Positions 47,514-57,349 of a stretch of DNA of 64,000 nucleotides are shown piece by piece (within the stretch, counting starts at the first letter, position 1; the number at the start of each line of letters is the position of its first letter). The notes beneath the pieces are model-generated. The model did no database searches, was not told where the DNA came from, and saw only the letters and a program-made list of their open reading frames with translations. Made by a program: the position numbers and the translations under genes. This stretch comes from a virus: the IMG/VR virus record IMGVR_UViG_3300018890_000002, positions 17,219 to 81,218 of that record, one strand, 5' to 3'.

Positions 47514-47876
47514 ATGAATCAAGTACCAGAATATTCTCAAATCCAAGAGTTTCAAAATTTAGTAGAAAAAGCTAAGAAAAGATATCTCAAGTATCTAATC
47601 TCTTTAGGTTACGTGTTTGAGCAGCAGGGAAGTTACGAAGATACTAGATACTTAGCTATTCATCCTAGCTATTATTTGACTTCACATGAATTGTTGGAAA
47701 AAGAATGTCAAGAAAATCGCTACATCTCAGATGGAAAATATAGCCCTGAAGATTATCCTTTAGGTGCTTTCATCAGTATTAACTCTTTGTGTGTGGAGGA
47801 TGGTAGGTTTTCTGTTCTCTCATCAGAATTTTTAGAGGATGATAGATGCTCATTAGATTACTTAGATGAATGCTAG
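47514..47876 (+). CDS. Hypothetical protein
   Basis: AGGAG RBS; preceded by a long hairpin at about 47453-47482. Confidence 0.65.
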   Translation: MNQVPEYSQIQEFQNLVEKAKKRYLKYLISLGYVFEQQGSYEDTRYLAIHPSYYLTSHELLEKECQENRYISDGKYSPEDYPLGAFISINSLCVEDGRFSVLSSEFLEDDRCSLDYLDEC

Positions 47877-48166
47877 ATAAGACAATGTGGAAAAATCAAG
47901 TGGAAGTAATTTCTCCCAAATTACAAGAATGGAAAACACAATCACAAGTAGTAATAGTCACAGAGGATAATGGAGTTTTAAAAGCTAAAACAATTCAGAA
48001 TACCAATGAATTAGAACTAAAGAACCTAATATCAATTTTAGCTGTAGATAGCTATAAAGAAGGGATTAGAATATCTCAGCTCTATAACAATATGGTAGCG
48101 AAAAAGATCAGAGTACAATCACTCAATAAAATAGTTGAAGCAATCAATATCTTAGGAAGTAACTAA
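47870..48166 (+). CDS. Hypothetical protein
   Basis: Coupled ORF. Confidence 0.6.
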   Translation: MLDKTMWKNQVEVISPKLQEWKTQSQVVIVTEDNGVLKAKTIQNTNELELKNLISILAVDSYKEGIRISQLYNNMVAKKIRVQSLNKIVEAINILGSN

Positions 48167-48368
48167 CTAGGGTCATTAAACTTAGGAGAAAACATAGTAA
48201 TCCAGACTGGCTTTTGAAGGTACTAGAAGAAATAGACTCAGATATTGAATAGTCTTCCACCTCTATTATGATTGGTTGTTGTGATAGAGGTTTTGCTTTA
48301 CCTCTAAGACTAGCCATAAAAGTCTTAAATAAAGTAGTCCGCTCAATAAATATAGAAGGATCATCCAA

Positions 48369-49472
48369 ATGTCTCTAATTCTCCCTGAAATCAAAACGGC
48401 ACTTGCTGGGTTCGTTAAGTGTGACTTAGTAGCTGAGGTTATATCTCTTGGCTTACAACTAAGAAAACCCGTGCTACTCTATGGTCGAGGAGGTCATGGA
48501 AAATCAGAAATAGTGAGAGCAGTCTTTAAAGCGCTGGCAAAGAGTGACGACGAATGGTTCATCCAATCTTGCGGGGAAGGGATGACAGAAGCTATGCTCT
48601 ACGGAGGGTTAGATCTGGATGCTCTTTCCCGTCCAGAAGGAAAAACAATGCAGTATTACCCTGAGCGGTCATTTTTAAATTACAAATACTCTCTTCTTGA
48701 AGAGTTTAATGATGCACCACCAGCAGTTCTTCTGTCGTTGAAAAATACAATCACAGCCGGACAGCTAGACAATGGTTATCAGACTTTCGAGATGAAAACG
48801 CTCTTATTGATTGGGGCTACCAACAAAAATCCAATGGAGATTTGCGAGATGGGGCCTACCTACGAAGCGTTAATGGAGAGGTTTCCTCTACAAGCTCGTG
48901 TAGAGTGGTCAAGTTACAGAAGAGAAGATTTTCTGGAATTGTTTAACACAGTGGAAAAAGAAGATACTGTTCCTTCTCAAATGCGTTCATTATTGGCGCA
49001 GTTAATTTCGGATGCCCACGATAAAGGGCAATGGATCAGTCCTAGAACTGCCATTGTTTGTCTAAATCTATTGAAAGCATCAGCAGTCCTTCACAAACGT
49101 AAACAGGTAACTGAAGATGACTTTTTTGCAATAAAGCACATCCCTGGTACAGAGCAAATCTTAGAAGATCTCAGTACGAATCTAGATTGTATTAAGAGAG
49201 TTGCTATAGCTCAATTACAATTAGCTGAGCATGATGAACACTTAACTGAGGTTTTGTCTAAAATGACTCAGTACGAACAGAATAAAGCAATCAAAAATAG
49301 AGAGAAAGCAATCTTGTTCTTACAACTTTCTACCGTTTTAGAGAATTTAGACCAAAAATTACAAAACCTTAGCCTCCCTGACAATCTAGTTAGACATAGA
49401 GATCAACTTAGGGAGAAAATTAAGGAAGGTCATGAAAGAGCTATTAAATTAGCTAGACAATTCTCTGCTTAA
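48369..49472 (+). CDS. MoxR/RavA-like AAA+ ATPase
   Basis: VLLYGRGGHGKS, LLEEFNDAP, IGATN, ALMERF, ISPR. Confidence 0.85.
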   Translation: MSLILPEIKTALAGFVKCDLVAEVISLGLQLRKPVLLYGRGGHGKSEIVRAVFKALAKSDDEWFIQSCGEGMTEAMLYGGLDLDALSRPEGKTMQYYPERSFLNYKYSLLEEFNDAPPAVLLSLKNTITAGQLDNGYQTFEMKTLLLIGATNKNPMEICEMGPTYEALMERFPLQARVEWSSYRREDFLELFNTVEKEDTVPSQMRSLLAQLISDAHDKGQWISPRTAIVCLNLLKASAVLHKRKQVTEDDFFAIKHIPGTEQILEDLSTNLDCIKRVAIAQLQLAEHDEHLTEVLSKMTQYEQNKAIKNREKAILFLQLSTVLENLDQKLQNLSLPDNLVRHRDQLREKIKEGHERAIKLARQFSA

Positions 49473-49530
49473 TCTCATTGTTTCGGCCCACCTCTGGGCC
49501 ACTAACCTACAAATTTATAAAGAGAAAATT

Positions 49531-50907
49531 ATGACTACTATTAGAACTACTGCACCACAAACCTATATCCCCCCCTCTCCTTCGGATATTAGGGCAATGG
49601 CTAGAGAAGTAGGTGTCTCTAGATACGATACTTCTTTAGTACAAGATTTGTGTAATATTCAAGCTGGGGGAGAATTCACTTCCACTATACAAATAGAGAA
49701 AGAATTAACTAAAAATATTACTAAAATCAATAGGGAACTAAAAAAGGATAGCGATGGTGATTACGAGTTTCGTGGTAAGTGGTTAAAGAGTGAAAGTGGA
49801 AATTATGTATCAAATATAGATGATGCTCAAGCTATTGTTGCTAAACAACAAGTTAAGTATCATAAAAGTATTCAAGACTTCATTAGAACGTTAGACTTTT
49901 CCAATATTCCCGGATATACACCACTTGAGCGGTCATTAGGACTATTGAAATTACTTTCTTCTCAAGAAGGGGGTTCTCCAGAAGATAGTCAAGATGATGA
50001 GTGTGGGGATGTTTTACCAATTTTTAGCGAAAATAATGAAGACAGGAAAGATCCCAAAGAATTAGCTAATCAAATTAATGAGGTACTAGAAAATATCTCA
50101 AACATGGACGAACACGAAAAGATCCTGTGTAATATTACAGGGGATGGCAATAACATTCCACTAGATCTTGCCTCCGACATGATGAACGGTAAAGATGTAA
50201 TGTTGAAAATAAAAAGAGAGCTTGATAAAGTTTGTGCTTTGCAGACTACTAAACATTGTGTAATGAAACCTGACTCTAATGGAGCAGAGGTACGATATAG
50301 GTCTATTCAGGATATTTCCGAGTTTCCAAAATTGCATCCAACCGAATTTATCTATCCAGATGCTTACAAGAATTATAGATTAGTCAATGGAATTGCTCAA
50401 ATAAGAGAGCGATGTTCCAAAATAGACAAGAAAATGCTGTTGTATATAATTTGTGATTGCTCAGGTAGCATGAGCAACGAACGTTTTTTGAAAGCGGGAG
50501 GAGTAGTGATGAACCGTCTCAAAGCGGTTCTAAGAGGTGAAGCTGATCTTTGGTTAGCCTTTTTCCACAATCGGTTAGGAGAAGAGTTTAGAGCTTCTTC
50601 GGAAAATATCTCTGAAGTGAAAAAACTGATGAGTCATATTAAGGCTTCCAATTTTGATCAAGGAGGCACAAACATTGCACGTTGTACTAAAGAAGCAATT
50701 TTAAGGATTGAGAAAAAAAGAAAGCAAGACCCTAAGTTAATAGCTCCAGAACTATTGGTAATTACTGACGGTAGAGACAATACATCTTCTCTGACTGTAG
50801 GACATTTACGTGGTGTACGACTTAATACAGTAATAGTAGGTGGGCATAATCAACATTTAATTAACGTATCTCGACAAAGTGGGGGCGTGGGTATATCTCG
50901 TATTTAG
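49531..50907 (+). CDS. VWA (MIDAS) domain protein, ViaA/CoxE-like partner
   Basis: ICDCSGSM, GGTNI, LLVITDG. Confidence 0.85.
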   Translation: MTTIRTTAPQTYIPPSPSDIRAMAREVGVSRYDTSLVQDLCNIQAGGEFTSTIQIEKELTKNITKINRELKKDSDGDYEFRGKWLKSESGNYVSNIDDAQAIVAKQQVKYHKSIQDFIRTLDFSNIPGYTPLERSLGLLKLLSSQEGGSPEDSQDDECGDVLPIFSENNEDRKDPKELANQINEVLENISNMDEHEKILCNITGDGNNIPLDLASDMMNGKDVMLKIKRELDKVCALQTTKHCVMKPDSNGAEVRYRSIQDISEFPKLHPTEFIYPDAYKNYRLVNGIAQIRERCSKIDKKMLLYIICDCSGSMSNERFLKAGGVVMNRLKAVLRGEADLWLAFFHNRLGEEFRASSENISEVKKLMSHIKASNFDQGGTNIARCTKEAILRIEKKRKQDPKLIAPELLVITDGRDNTSSLTVGHLRGVRLNTVIVGGHNQHLINVSRQSGGVGISRI

Positions 50908-50957
50908 TTTCTAATAGTAGGGAGTTACTAACTACTGTTTTTACTTAGGAGATTACT

Positions 50958-51251
50958 ATGTTTCAACAACCTAACATCTACCCTTTAGTACCACAGAAGG
51001 TAAAAAGTCTTTTGAGACAAATCCAAGGAGTTACAATCCCTCATTTTATTAAGGGAGAAAACATCGAAGTCTTAGCTGATATCCAAGTAGTTCAAGTTGA
51101 TGATGTAGTAATTCCTATCTATCCTACAATAGAGGATGCTTGGGTGGATGTAGTATATGATTGCTGGATTGAAGTGGGAAAAATTGATTCCCCACAGATT
51201 GAACAATTAGCTACTGATAAAATTTTGACCCCAACTTGGTGGACTCATTAA
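50958..51251 (+). CDS. Hypothetical protein, intact paralog of the 44288 pseudogene
   Basis: AGGAG RBS. Confidence 0.7.
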   Translation: MFQQPNIYPLVPQKVKSLLRQIQGVTIPHFIKGENIEVLADIQVVQVDDVVIPIYPTIEDAWVDVVYDCWIEVGKIDSPQIEQLATDKILTPTWWTH

Positions 51252-51275
51252 TAAAAGAGAGTAGATAATTGCTCT

Positions 51276-51338
51276 CCTCAGAAGTTTAGCTATTAAAAGT
51301 TTCGTAGCTTTTAATCCTAGTGCAATTCTAGGCTGAGG
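51276..51338 (+). ncRNA. tRNA-like element (UGCAA T-loop)
   Basis: CCTCAG/CTGAGG, TAGC linker, ATTAAAAGT/GCTTTTAAT hairpin, CCTAG-TGCAATT-CTAGG. Confidence 0.7.
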
Positions 51339-51382
51339 TTTTCTTATGGTGAAAATTGTATTCCCATAAGATATATTAGAAA

Positions 51383-51727
51383 ATGATCAAACCCGTTAAT
51401 TCCGCAGTCATTCATATATTGAGTGAATACTACATCAAAGTTGATTTAGGAGTTCGTTTATCCCAAGATAATTGGGACGAACTTTTTAAACTTCCTAAGT
51501 CATGTGCAGGTGTTTCGCTACAACATCCCAACAAAGCTCTTAAACAGACATGGTTTGGATTCGAGGTAAGATTCAACGCTTGCTGGAGTTACAAAGTAAT
51601 TTCCATGTTTCTATTTGACACTTTGAAAATGATCAAAGAGATTGAAACTATCCGTATCAATAACAAAGTTGAAAATAATGACGCAATTCATGATTGTCGC
51701 TCATTTCGCTCACCAATCGCTCTATAG
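51383..51727 (+). CDS. Hypothetical protein
   Basis: ORF. Confidence 0.55.
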   Translation: MIKPVNSAVIHILSEYYIKVDLGVRLSQDNWDELFKLPKSCAGVSLQHPNKALKQTWFGFEVRFNACWSYKVISMFLFDTLKMIKEIETIRINNKVENNDAIHDCRSFRSPIAL

Positions 51728-51763
51728 TCGAATCCACTTCATTATTAATCGTAGGAGAACATC

Positions 51764-51946
51764 ATGGAACCAATTATCAAATACTTGTCTAGCTTGTTTG
51801 ATAACGAACGAGAAGCGGCAACACTCTACATCCAAGAATTTGGTAAATTACCATCGAGAGCAGTCTTTCAAAAGATTACAAAACCCTTTGGTGAGAAATT
51901 TTTAGCTCTCTTTGAGTTAGAACAAGCGTTAAATAGTCCTCTATAG
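51764..51946 (+). CDS. Small hypothetical protein
   Basis: AGGAG RBS. Confidence 0.6.
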   Translation: MEPIIKYLSSLFDNEREAATLYIQEFGKLPSRAVFQKITKPFGEKFLALFELEQALNSPL

Positions 51947-52170
51947 GGTGATGAAGAGTTAGAAAAAATGGGAGACATGATGATGCGAAGGATAATACAT
52001 CAAATGTCTCTCAGATTAGCTCTAATTGAGCGTTTAAGACACTTAAGAGTTATAGGTAGACAATATATAGGTATTTCGGATTACTGGGACGCTGTGGACG
52101 AAGGTAGAGCTTCTATGATAGTATCAGCAGATCACAGAAACGACACTTTATTTTTAGGTATAAGGTGTCT

Positions 52171-52524
52171 ATGAAGCAAATAACCATATCTCAGGAGGAA
52201 TATATGTCTAGGATCGTAATTTGTCTAGGAAAGGAAACTTTTATTCCTAAAGTCCAAGCTATAAGCAAAAACGAAGAAGGCAAATGGAGATATTGGAGTT
52301 ACTGGATAGATACTAAATGTCCTGATACCATTAGATTAATTAGAGAATTAGGGTTCTATAGATTTGAGTCTGTACCTTTTAGAGAAATAGAACTAAAAAT
52401 AACTGAAGAGGACACTATAAACTTTTTTGGCAGACCCACAACAATCACTAACTATTACTTTAAGTGTGGTTATTACGAAAAAAATCTTCATCCTAAAGTG
52501 TTTTACTTAGAGGAATCAACCTGA
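52171..52524 (+). CDS. Hypothetical protein
   Basis: TAAGGTG RBS before ATG 52171. Confidence 0.6.
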   Translation: MKQITISQEEYMSRIVICLGKETFIPKVQAISKNEEGKWRYWSYWIDTKCPDTIRLIRELGFYRFESVPFREIELKITEEDTINFFGRPTTITNYYFKCGYYEKNLHPKVFYLEEST

Positions 52525-52640
52525 CTATACTAGACTGGGCTATTTGGTTGGAGCAAAAATACGCAGACCCTTATTATGATATAAAGGTCAGTTAAAGACG
52601 ACCGACTTCCAATCCACAAATTAAGGAGTATTTTGATAAG

Positions 52641-53285
52641 ATGGAACCTGAATTAGAGATAGCAAAAAAACCCTTTATGCTTAGAACTAAACTTGGATTA
52701 ACTCAACAACAATTAGCTAGATTAGATACTCTTCAACAGATTGCCGGGGCTGTGGGATATAATTTTGAAGTCAAATTCGTACCTCAAACTACCATGAATG
52801 AAGATAAAAGAGCTACATTAGAAACCGCCGGCTGGAAAGTAAGAACTACTAAAGAGTTTCTTGATTTATCTTTAGAAGAAACAGAGATTGTAGAAACTAG
52901 GTTGCAAGTTATGAAAGATTATTTAGTTTCTGAAACTGAAAGAAAAGAAGTATGTACCAAACTAGCAGAATTGGAGGTAAAACAGCATTATTTAGTGAAA
53001 TATAAATCTAGTTGGGCAGATGAGATGGATATCTACGGATTACATCTTCTAACTGATTTAGATAAAAAATGGTTTGAAAGTCTTACTCCTACAGATAATA
53101 AACCTTTTGTTCATCATGTAGGTACAAACGAAGATATCGAGTATACAAACTCAAAGACGTTTTTGGAAGCTTACACTTGGATTCCTATCACAATTGAAGA
53201 ACACGAGGTACTTAAAAAACTAATTGGTACAGACTATGGACATTTCTTTTACCCTGAGCTAATTGAAGAAGATGAGGAATGGTAA
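52641..53285 (+). CDS. Chimeric ORF containing fragments of XRE-type antitoxins
   Basis: LRTKLGLTQQQLA..TLQQIAGAVGYNFEVKFVP (HTH remnant) and MNEDKRATLETAGWKVRTTKEFLDLS (antitoxin N-terminus). Confidence 0.5.
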   Translation: MEPELEIAKKPFMLRTKLGLTQQQLARLDTLQQIAGAVGYNFEVKFVPQTTMNEDKRATLETAGWKVRTTKEFLDLSLEETEIVETRLQVMKDYLVSETERKEVCTKLAELEVKQHYLVKYKSSWADEMDIYGLHLLTDLDKKWFESLTPTDNKPFVHHVGTNEDIEYTNSKTFLEAYTWIPITIEEHEVLKKLIGTDYGHFFYPELIEEDEEW

Positions 53286-53451
53286 ATGAGTCCTATTGAA
53301 CAAAAGTAGTATATTTTCACAGATACTAAAGACGCTAGGGATTTTAACTTTGACCAAGAAGAGGATTGTGCTAGATTCATTATTCAGCTATGTAATATGG
53401 TTAGAGTAGTAAGTTACACTCCTCTTTATCTACATAAATGGAAAAAAGACA

Positions 53452-53898
53452 ATGAATAAATTGATGAAGTGGGTACGAACTAACGGAAATCTCCATCTAG
53501 AAGTATTGGTTAATGGAGGTTGGAAACACTACAAAAACTGTCCGTATGTAGTTGCTGATGCAGAAACTTCATCTAACAACGGTTTTGCAACTGCTCAGAG
53601 CTGTTTAAGAAACGGATACAAGTATATCCGAGTAATTGAAGTAGCTGACTTTTTGAAACATAATAAAACTCTAGACCTTCTCAATGAGATATACAAGAAT
53701 CTTTCAGAGGATTTACCTGTTGAGTTAAATCTAGAACAAATAGACAGTTCACATATAAATAGTTTATTAGCGGTGGGAAATTGGTTAAAGATAGAGTTTA
53801 AAACTGCCACTCTCCGACAATCTTTGTTTATGTCTGGCGGGTTAGAAATTTATCGACGTGTTCTAGAGGATAAAATATATGGAAGTCAGAGTAACTGA
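53452..53898 (+). CDS. Hypothetical protein
   Basis: ORF. Confidence 0.6.
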   Translation: MNKLMKWVRTNGNLHLEVLVNGGWKHYKNCPYVVADAETSSNNGFATAQSCLRNGYKYIRVIEVADFLKHNKTLDLLNEIYKNLSEDLPVELNLEQIDSSHINSLLAVGNWLKIEFKTATLRQSLFMSGGLEIYRRVLEDKIYGSQSN

Positions 53899-54148
53899 GA
53901 AAGTAGTTAAAGAAGTAGAAGTCACTAAGGATTTTTATGATGAATGTGATAAGTGTAAAACCAGAATTAAAACTGGTAACTTTGATTCTTTTGAGTGTAG
54001 TTTCAAGTATCAAGAAGGCACTGTTTATCCCGAAAGTGGTTCTATAGATCAAACTACTATGGAATTATGTCAGAAATGTGGGCAAGAATTAGTAGAACTA
54101 TTAAAATCTTTGGGGTATAGGCTAAATACTAAGGAGTTGGATATTTAA
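53879..54148 (+). CDS. Small Zn-binding protein
   Basis: CDKC...LCQKC. Confidence 0.65.
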   Translation: MEVRVTEKVVKEVEVTKDFYDECDKCKTRIKTGNFDSFECSFKYQEGTVYPESGSIDQTTMELCQKCGQELVELLKSLGYRLNTKELDI

Positions 54149-54221
54149 TGCTACCTAAAAACACTGAATTAGGATCTGCAGTGAAGAAAGTGACAAATTA
54201 TTTAAAGAATTAATATAAAAT

Positions 54222-54776
54222 ATGAACGAGCTATTAGAATATTTCAAGAATTTAGAAAATATAGAAGACCCAGAACTTCAACTAACTCTTAGGACTCTAT
54301 ATCAAAGGTCAGGAGCTACTATCCCAGAAGATGCTGCTTGGTACTGGGAAAATCAAACTAAAATAAATCTTCAAAGTACTAAGTTGACTAATATTTACTC
54401 TTTAAAATTTCTTCCTAGATTAGAGATCGTAGTTTTAGATGGAAACTATATTAGTGATTTTTCTTCTATATTAGATTTGCCCAATGTTACTCACTTAAAT
54501 CTTATTGATAATAGATTAAAGAATATTAGTGGAATTGAAAATTTAACTAATATGCTAGAACTGTTTTTAGGAGTAAATCTCATAGAGGATATTTCTTCTC
54601 TTAAGAGTATGACTAATTTGAGAATGTTAGGGCTTAAGAGTAACAGAATTACTAATATTGAACCTCTAAAGTCTCTAACTAAGCTAGTTCAACTCAATAT
54701 CTCAGGGAATTTAGTTACTAACTCTCAAGTAGATAATTTAAAAGGAGCTTTACCTGGATGTAAGATTATTTTTTAG
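54222..54776 (+). CDS. Leucine-rich repeat (internalin-like) protein
   Basis: Repeated LxxLxLxxNxIxDI units; LKGALPGCKI cap. Confidence 0.9.
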   Translation: MNELLEYFKNLENIEDPELQLTLRTLYQRSGATIPEDAAWYWENQTKINLQSTKLTNIYSLKFLPRLEIVVLDGNYISDFSSILDLPNVTHLNLIDNRLKNISGIENLTNMLELFLGVNLIEDISSLKSMTNLRMLGLKSNRITNIEPLKSLTKLVQLNISGNLVTNSQVDNLKGALPGCKIIF

Positions 54777-54973
54777 TATTAATTGTATTAACCTTTATTA
54801 GATAGAAATATCTCTTAGAGGTTATTTTTTTGTAAATATTAGGAGATTCTCATGAAGATTACAGTTACTTTCAATATGTTTCGTGACATGATGGAAGAAG
54901 AATATCTAGAGAGAAACACTTGTATTCTCGGATTTACTGATGAAGTTACCGTAATTTATCAGGATTTTTAATC

Positions 54974-55330
54974 ATGAGTAATCAATTGGTAGTAGAGTTT
55001 ATTGAGACTCATCGAAAAGTTAAGTATTGTTTAGACATTATTTCTTTCTTTCCTTTAGAAGTAGCAGGAGTTCTTAGAGAAAACACTTATACTTTAAAAG
55101 TTAATGATCTACTATATAACTTCTGGAGATATTTGAGAAGAAATAAAGACAAAAAAGAACTAAAACCTATAATAGCTATAGAAGAAGCAGTTATTAAACA
55201 AACGAGTAGAGGAGAAAGCAATAAAAATCTTCCTTGGATACATACTTTAACTGTGAAAGACGGAGAGTTTATTGAAGTTTTAGAATTTTTCCCTTATGAA
55301 TGTTCTTTACTAGGAGAAGAGAATGAGTAG
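54974..55330 (+). CDS. Hypothetical protein
   Basis: ORF. Confidence 0.6.
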   Translation: MSNQLVVEFIETHRKVKYCLDIISFFPLEVAGVLRENTYTLKVNDLLYNFWRYLRRNKDKKELKPIIAIEEAVIKQTSRGESNKNLPWIHTLTVKDGEFIEVLEFFPYECSLLGEENE

Positions 55331-55646
55331 AAACCTTTGTCAATCAACTTGTTGTGAAAATACGGTAAGACTATCAGATTTACGGGGAAAACCTATCGAA
55401 TTTAGGAGATATCATAATTCTCCTCCAGTTATTGGTACTCGTTGGGATTGTCCTACTTGTAAAACAGCTTATTTTGCATGGTGGAGAGATGCTCAATGGT
55501 ATATGGAAACTAAAGAATTCTCAAACTTTGTCATAGATTTGTCTTATTATGAGTCGTTCAGTGATGAACCGGGATGTCCGGAAGAGAGGGAAGACCCAAG
55601 GTATTTGTGTAAAGATAATGCAGAGGATGTACAAGATGTTTGGTAA
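55323..55646 (+). CDS. Cys-rich hypothetical protein
   Basis: CQSTCC, CPTC. Confidence 0.65.
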   Translation: MSRNLCQSTCCENTVRLSDLRGKPIEFRRYHNSPPVIGTRWDCPTCKTAYFAWWRDAQWYMETKEFSNFVIDLSYYESFSDEPGCPEEREDPRYLCKDNAEDVQDVW

Positions 55647-55815
55647 AAAATTGACGGTAGGAAATAAATATGAAGAACGAGGAAGTGGAAGATGACTAGA
55701 AGAGAGTTTCTAAAACTCATTGTTAATTGTTTGAAAAGTAAATAAAAAGCAATTTAGAGAGGTATTTATCTCTCTTTTATGTTATAATACACTTAACTAC
55801 AAGTTGGTGAATAAA

Positions 55816-56637
55816 ATGACAATTCAGATGGTACAGAAAGAAGTCGATGGGATTGAGTTTTATGTTTCTATTGATGGAATTCAAAGCGGAATGAGTGAAA
55901 GTGGGTTAGCGAGGTTATGCGGAGTAAATAGGTATGCAATTCAAAATTTAATAAAAAGAATTAATGACCCTGCCAACAAAGAGCTACCTAAAACCTTAGA
56001 ACCGTTTACTGGTAAAGCTTTGGAGATGCAGGAGACTGCCAATAAAGATCAAGCTAAAGTAATATCTTCAGATTTATGTGCTGCGATAGTTGAGTATTAT
56101 GCTTTTGAAAGTAAGGCTGCTAATGATACTGCAAAGTTCTCATTTAGAAAATTTGCTAGTAAGGGAATGGATTTATGGATAAAAGAAGTTACTGGTTATC
56201 AAATAAATCAAATTCCAGATTCTAAGGAAATAGTGTCGTTATTGCAGCAGCTACTAATTAAAGTGGATGGGTTAGAAAAAGACTCTAAAGAATATAAAAA
56301 TTTGAGAGGTAGAAGTGTTCAAGTTTTTCCTGCTTTAGATAAAACTTTAGAAGAATTTGTAGTGGAAGGTGAGTCTTTATCTGAAGTAGATCCTCAAAAT
56401 TACACTTTGACAGAGTGGATTAATAAAACTAAGAGAGGAGTAGTATTAGATAATTCTGCTAAACATAGGTTTGCATTACTGGTATCTGAAACATATAAGA
56501 GTGTTACAGGTAAGGAACCTAAAAAAGAACACCGACAACATAAAGAAACTAAGAAGAGAACTAATAGTGTTTCAGTTTATAGCTATACTGAACTTCCTAT
56601 TCTTCAATTAGCTTGGAATAAATTGTTTAATTTGTAA
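55816..56637 (+). CDS. Antirepressor-like DNA-binding protein, paralog of 61882
   Basis: SGMSESGLARLCGV, IVEYYAF, YKSVTGKEPKK. Confidence 0.65.
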   Translation: MTIQMVQKEVDGIEFYVSIDGIQSGMSESGLARLCGVNRYAIQNLIKRINDPANKELPKTLEPFTGKALEMQETANKDQAKVISSDLCAAIVEYYAFESKAANDTAKFSFRKFASKGMDLWIKEVTGYQINQIPDSKEIVSLLQQLLIKVDGLEKDSKEYKNLRGRSVQVFPALDKTLEEFVVEGESLSEVDPQNYTLTEWINKTKRGVVLDNSAKHRFALLVSETYKSVTGKEPKKEHRQHKETKKRTNSVSVYSYTELPILQLAWNKLFNL

Positions 56638-56720
56638 CTCTTGTTTTGAGGATAATTAGTAGTTGTTTTAACACTCTTAGGCTTTGTGCTTAGGAGTGTT
56701 TTATCTTAGGAGTTTTAATT

Positions 56721-57329
56721 ATGAAAGAAGTGAAAATTATTGGAATTTCTGGATACATTGGGTCTGGAAAAGATGAAGTTGCAAAGCTAGCAGTTAAACA
56801 ATTTGGTTATAAGCATTTTATGTTATCGGGATTAGCTAAATCAGTATTATCTCAAGTACACGGAATAAGTTTAGAACAACTAGAGGATAGAAAATACAAA
56901 GAACAATACCGTCCTTTAGTGATTCAGTACGCAGAGAAACTAAAAGAAGTGGATCTATATGTTCACTGTAAATATGTGTATGAGTTAATTAAAACAGATT
57001 TAGATAATTGTGGTAGTGAAAAGTATGTAGTGAGTGGACTAAGATTTCCTTACGAGAGTTCTTTTTTTAGGACTATTAGTAGGTGTAGCAAAACTAAATG
57101 TGAAGTGAGTCATAGGGAACTTCCAGGTTATGATGTTACTTTTAAATCTATTTATATAGAGAGTGATTTAGCAGATAAAAGTAGTAAAGATCCTTCGGAG
57201 TCTTATTATGAATCTTATTTTTCTAAGAATAATGATGGAATAATCTTCAATGGAACTCAAGAAAGATACGAAAGTAGAAAAGATAAAGTAAATTTTCGTT
57301 TAGTTAATCAGCTAATTAAGTTCTTGTAG
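56721..57329 (+). CDS. Deoxynucleoside monophosphate kinase
   Basis: IIGISGYIGSGKDEVA, KEQYRPLVIQY, VVSGLRFPYE. Confidence 0.8.
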   Translation: MKEVKIIGISGYIGSGKDEVAKLAVKQFGYKHFMLSGLAKSVLSQVHGISLEQLEDRKYKEQYRPLVIQYAEKLKEVDLYVHCKYVYELIKTDLDNCGSEKYVVSGLRFPYESSFFRTISRCSKTKCEVSHRELPGYDVTFKSIYIESDLADKSSKDPSESYYESYFSKNNDGIIFNGTQERYESRKDKVNFRLVNQLIKFL

Positions 57330-57349
57330 TATTTAAGAAGTAAACTACC

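Noticed and set aside
38150-51338. Twister-sister ribozyme reading of the UGCAA hairpins
   Set aside because: The flanks at 38150 and 51276 pair as acceptor stems and the catalytic internal loop cannot be built convincingly; the 46441 copy remains ambiguous
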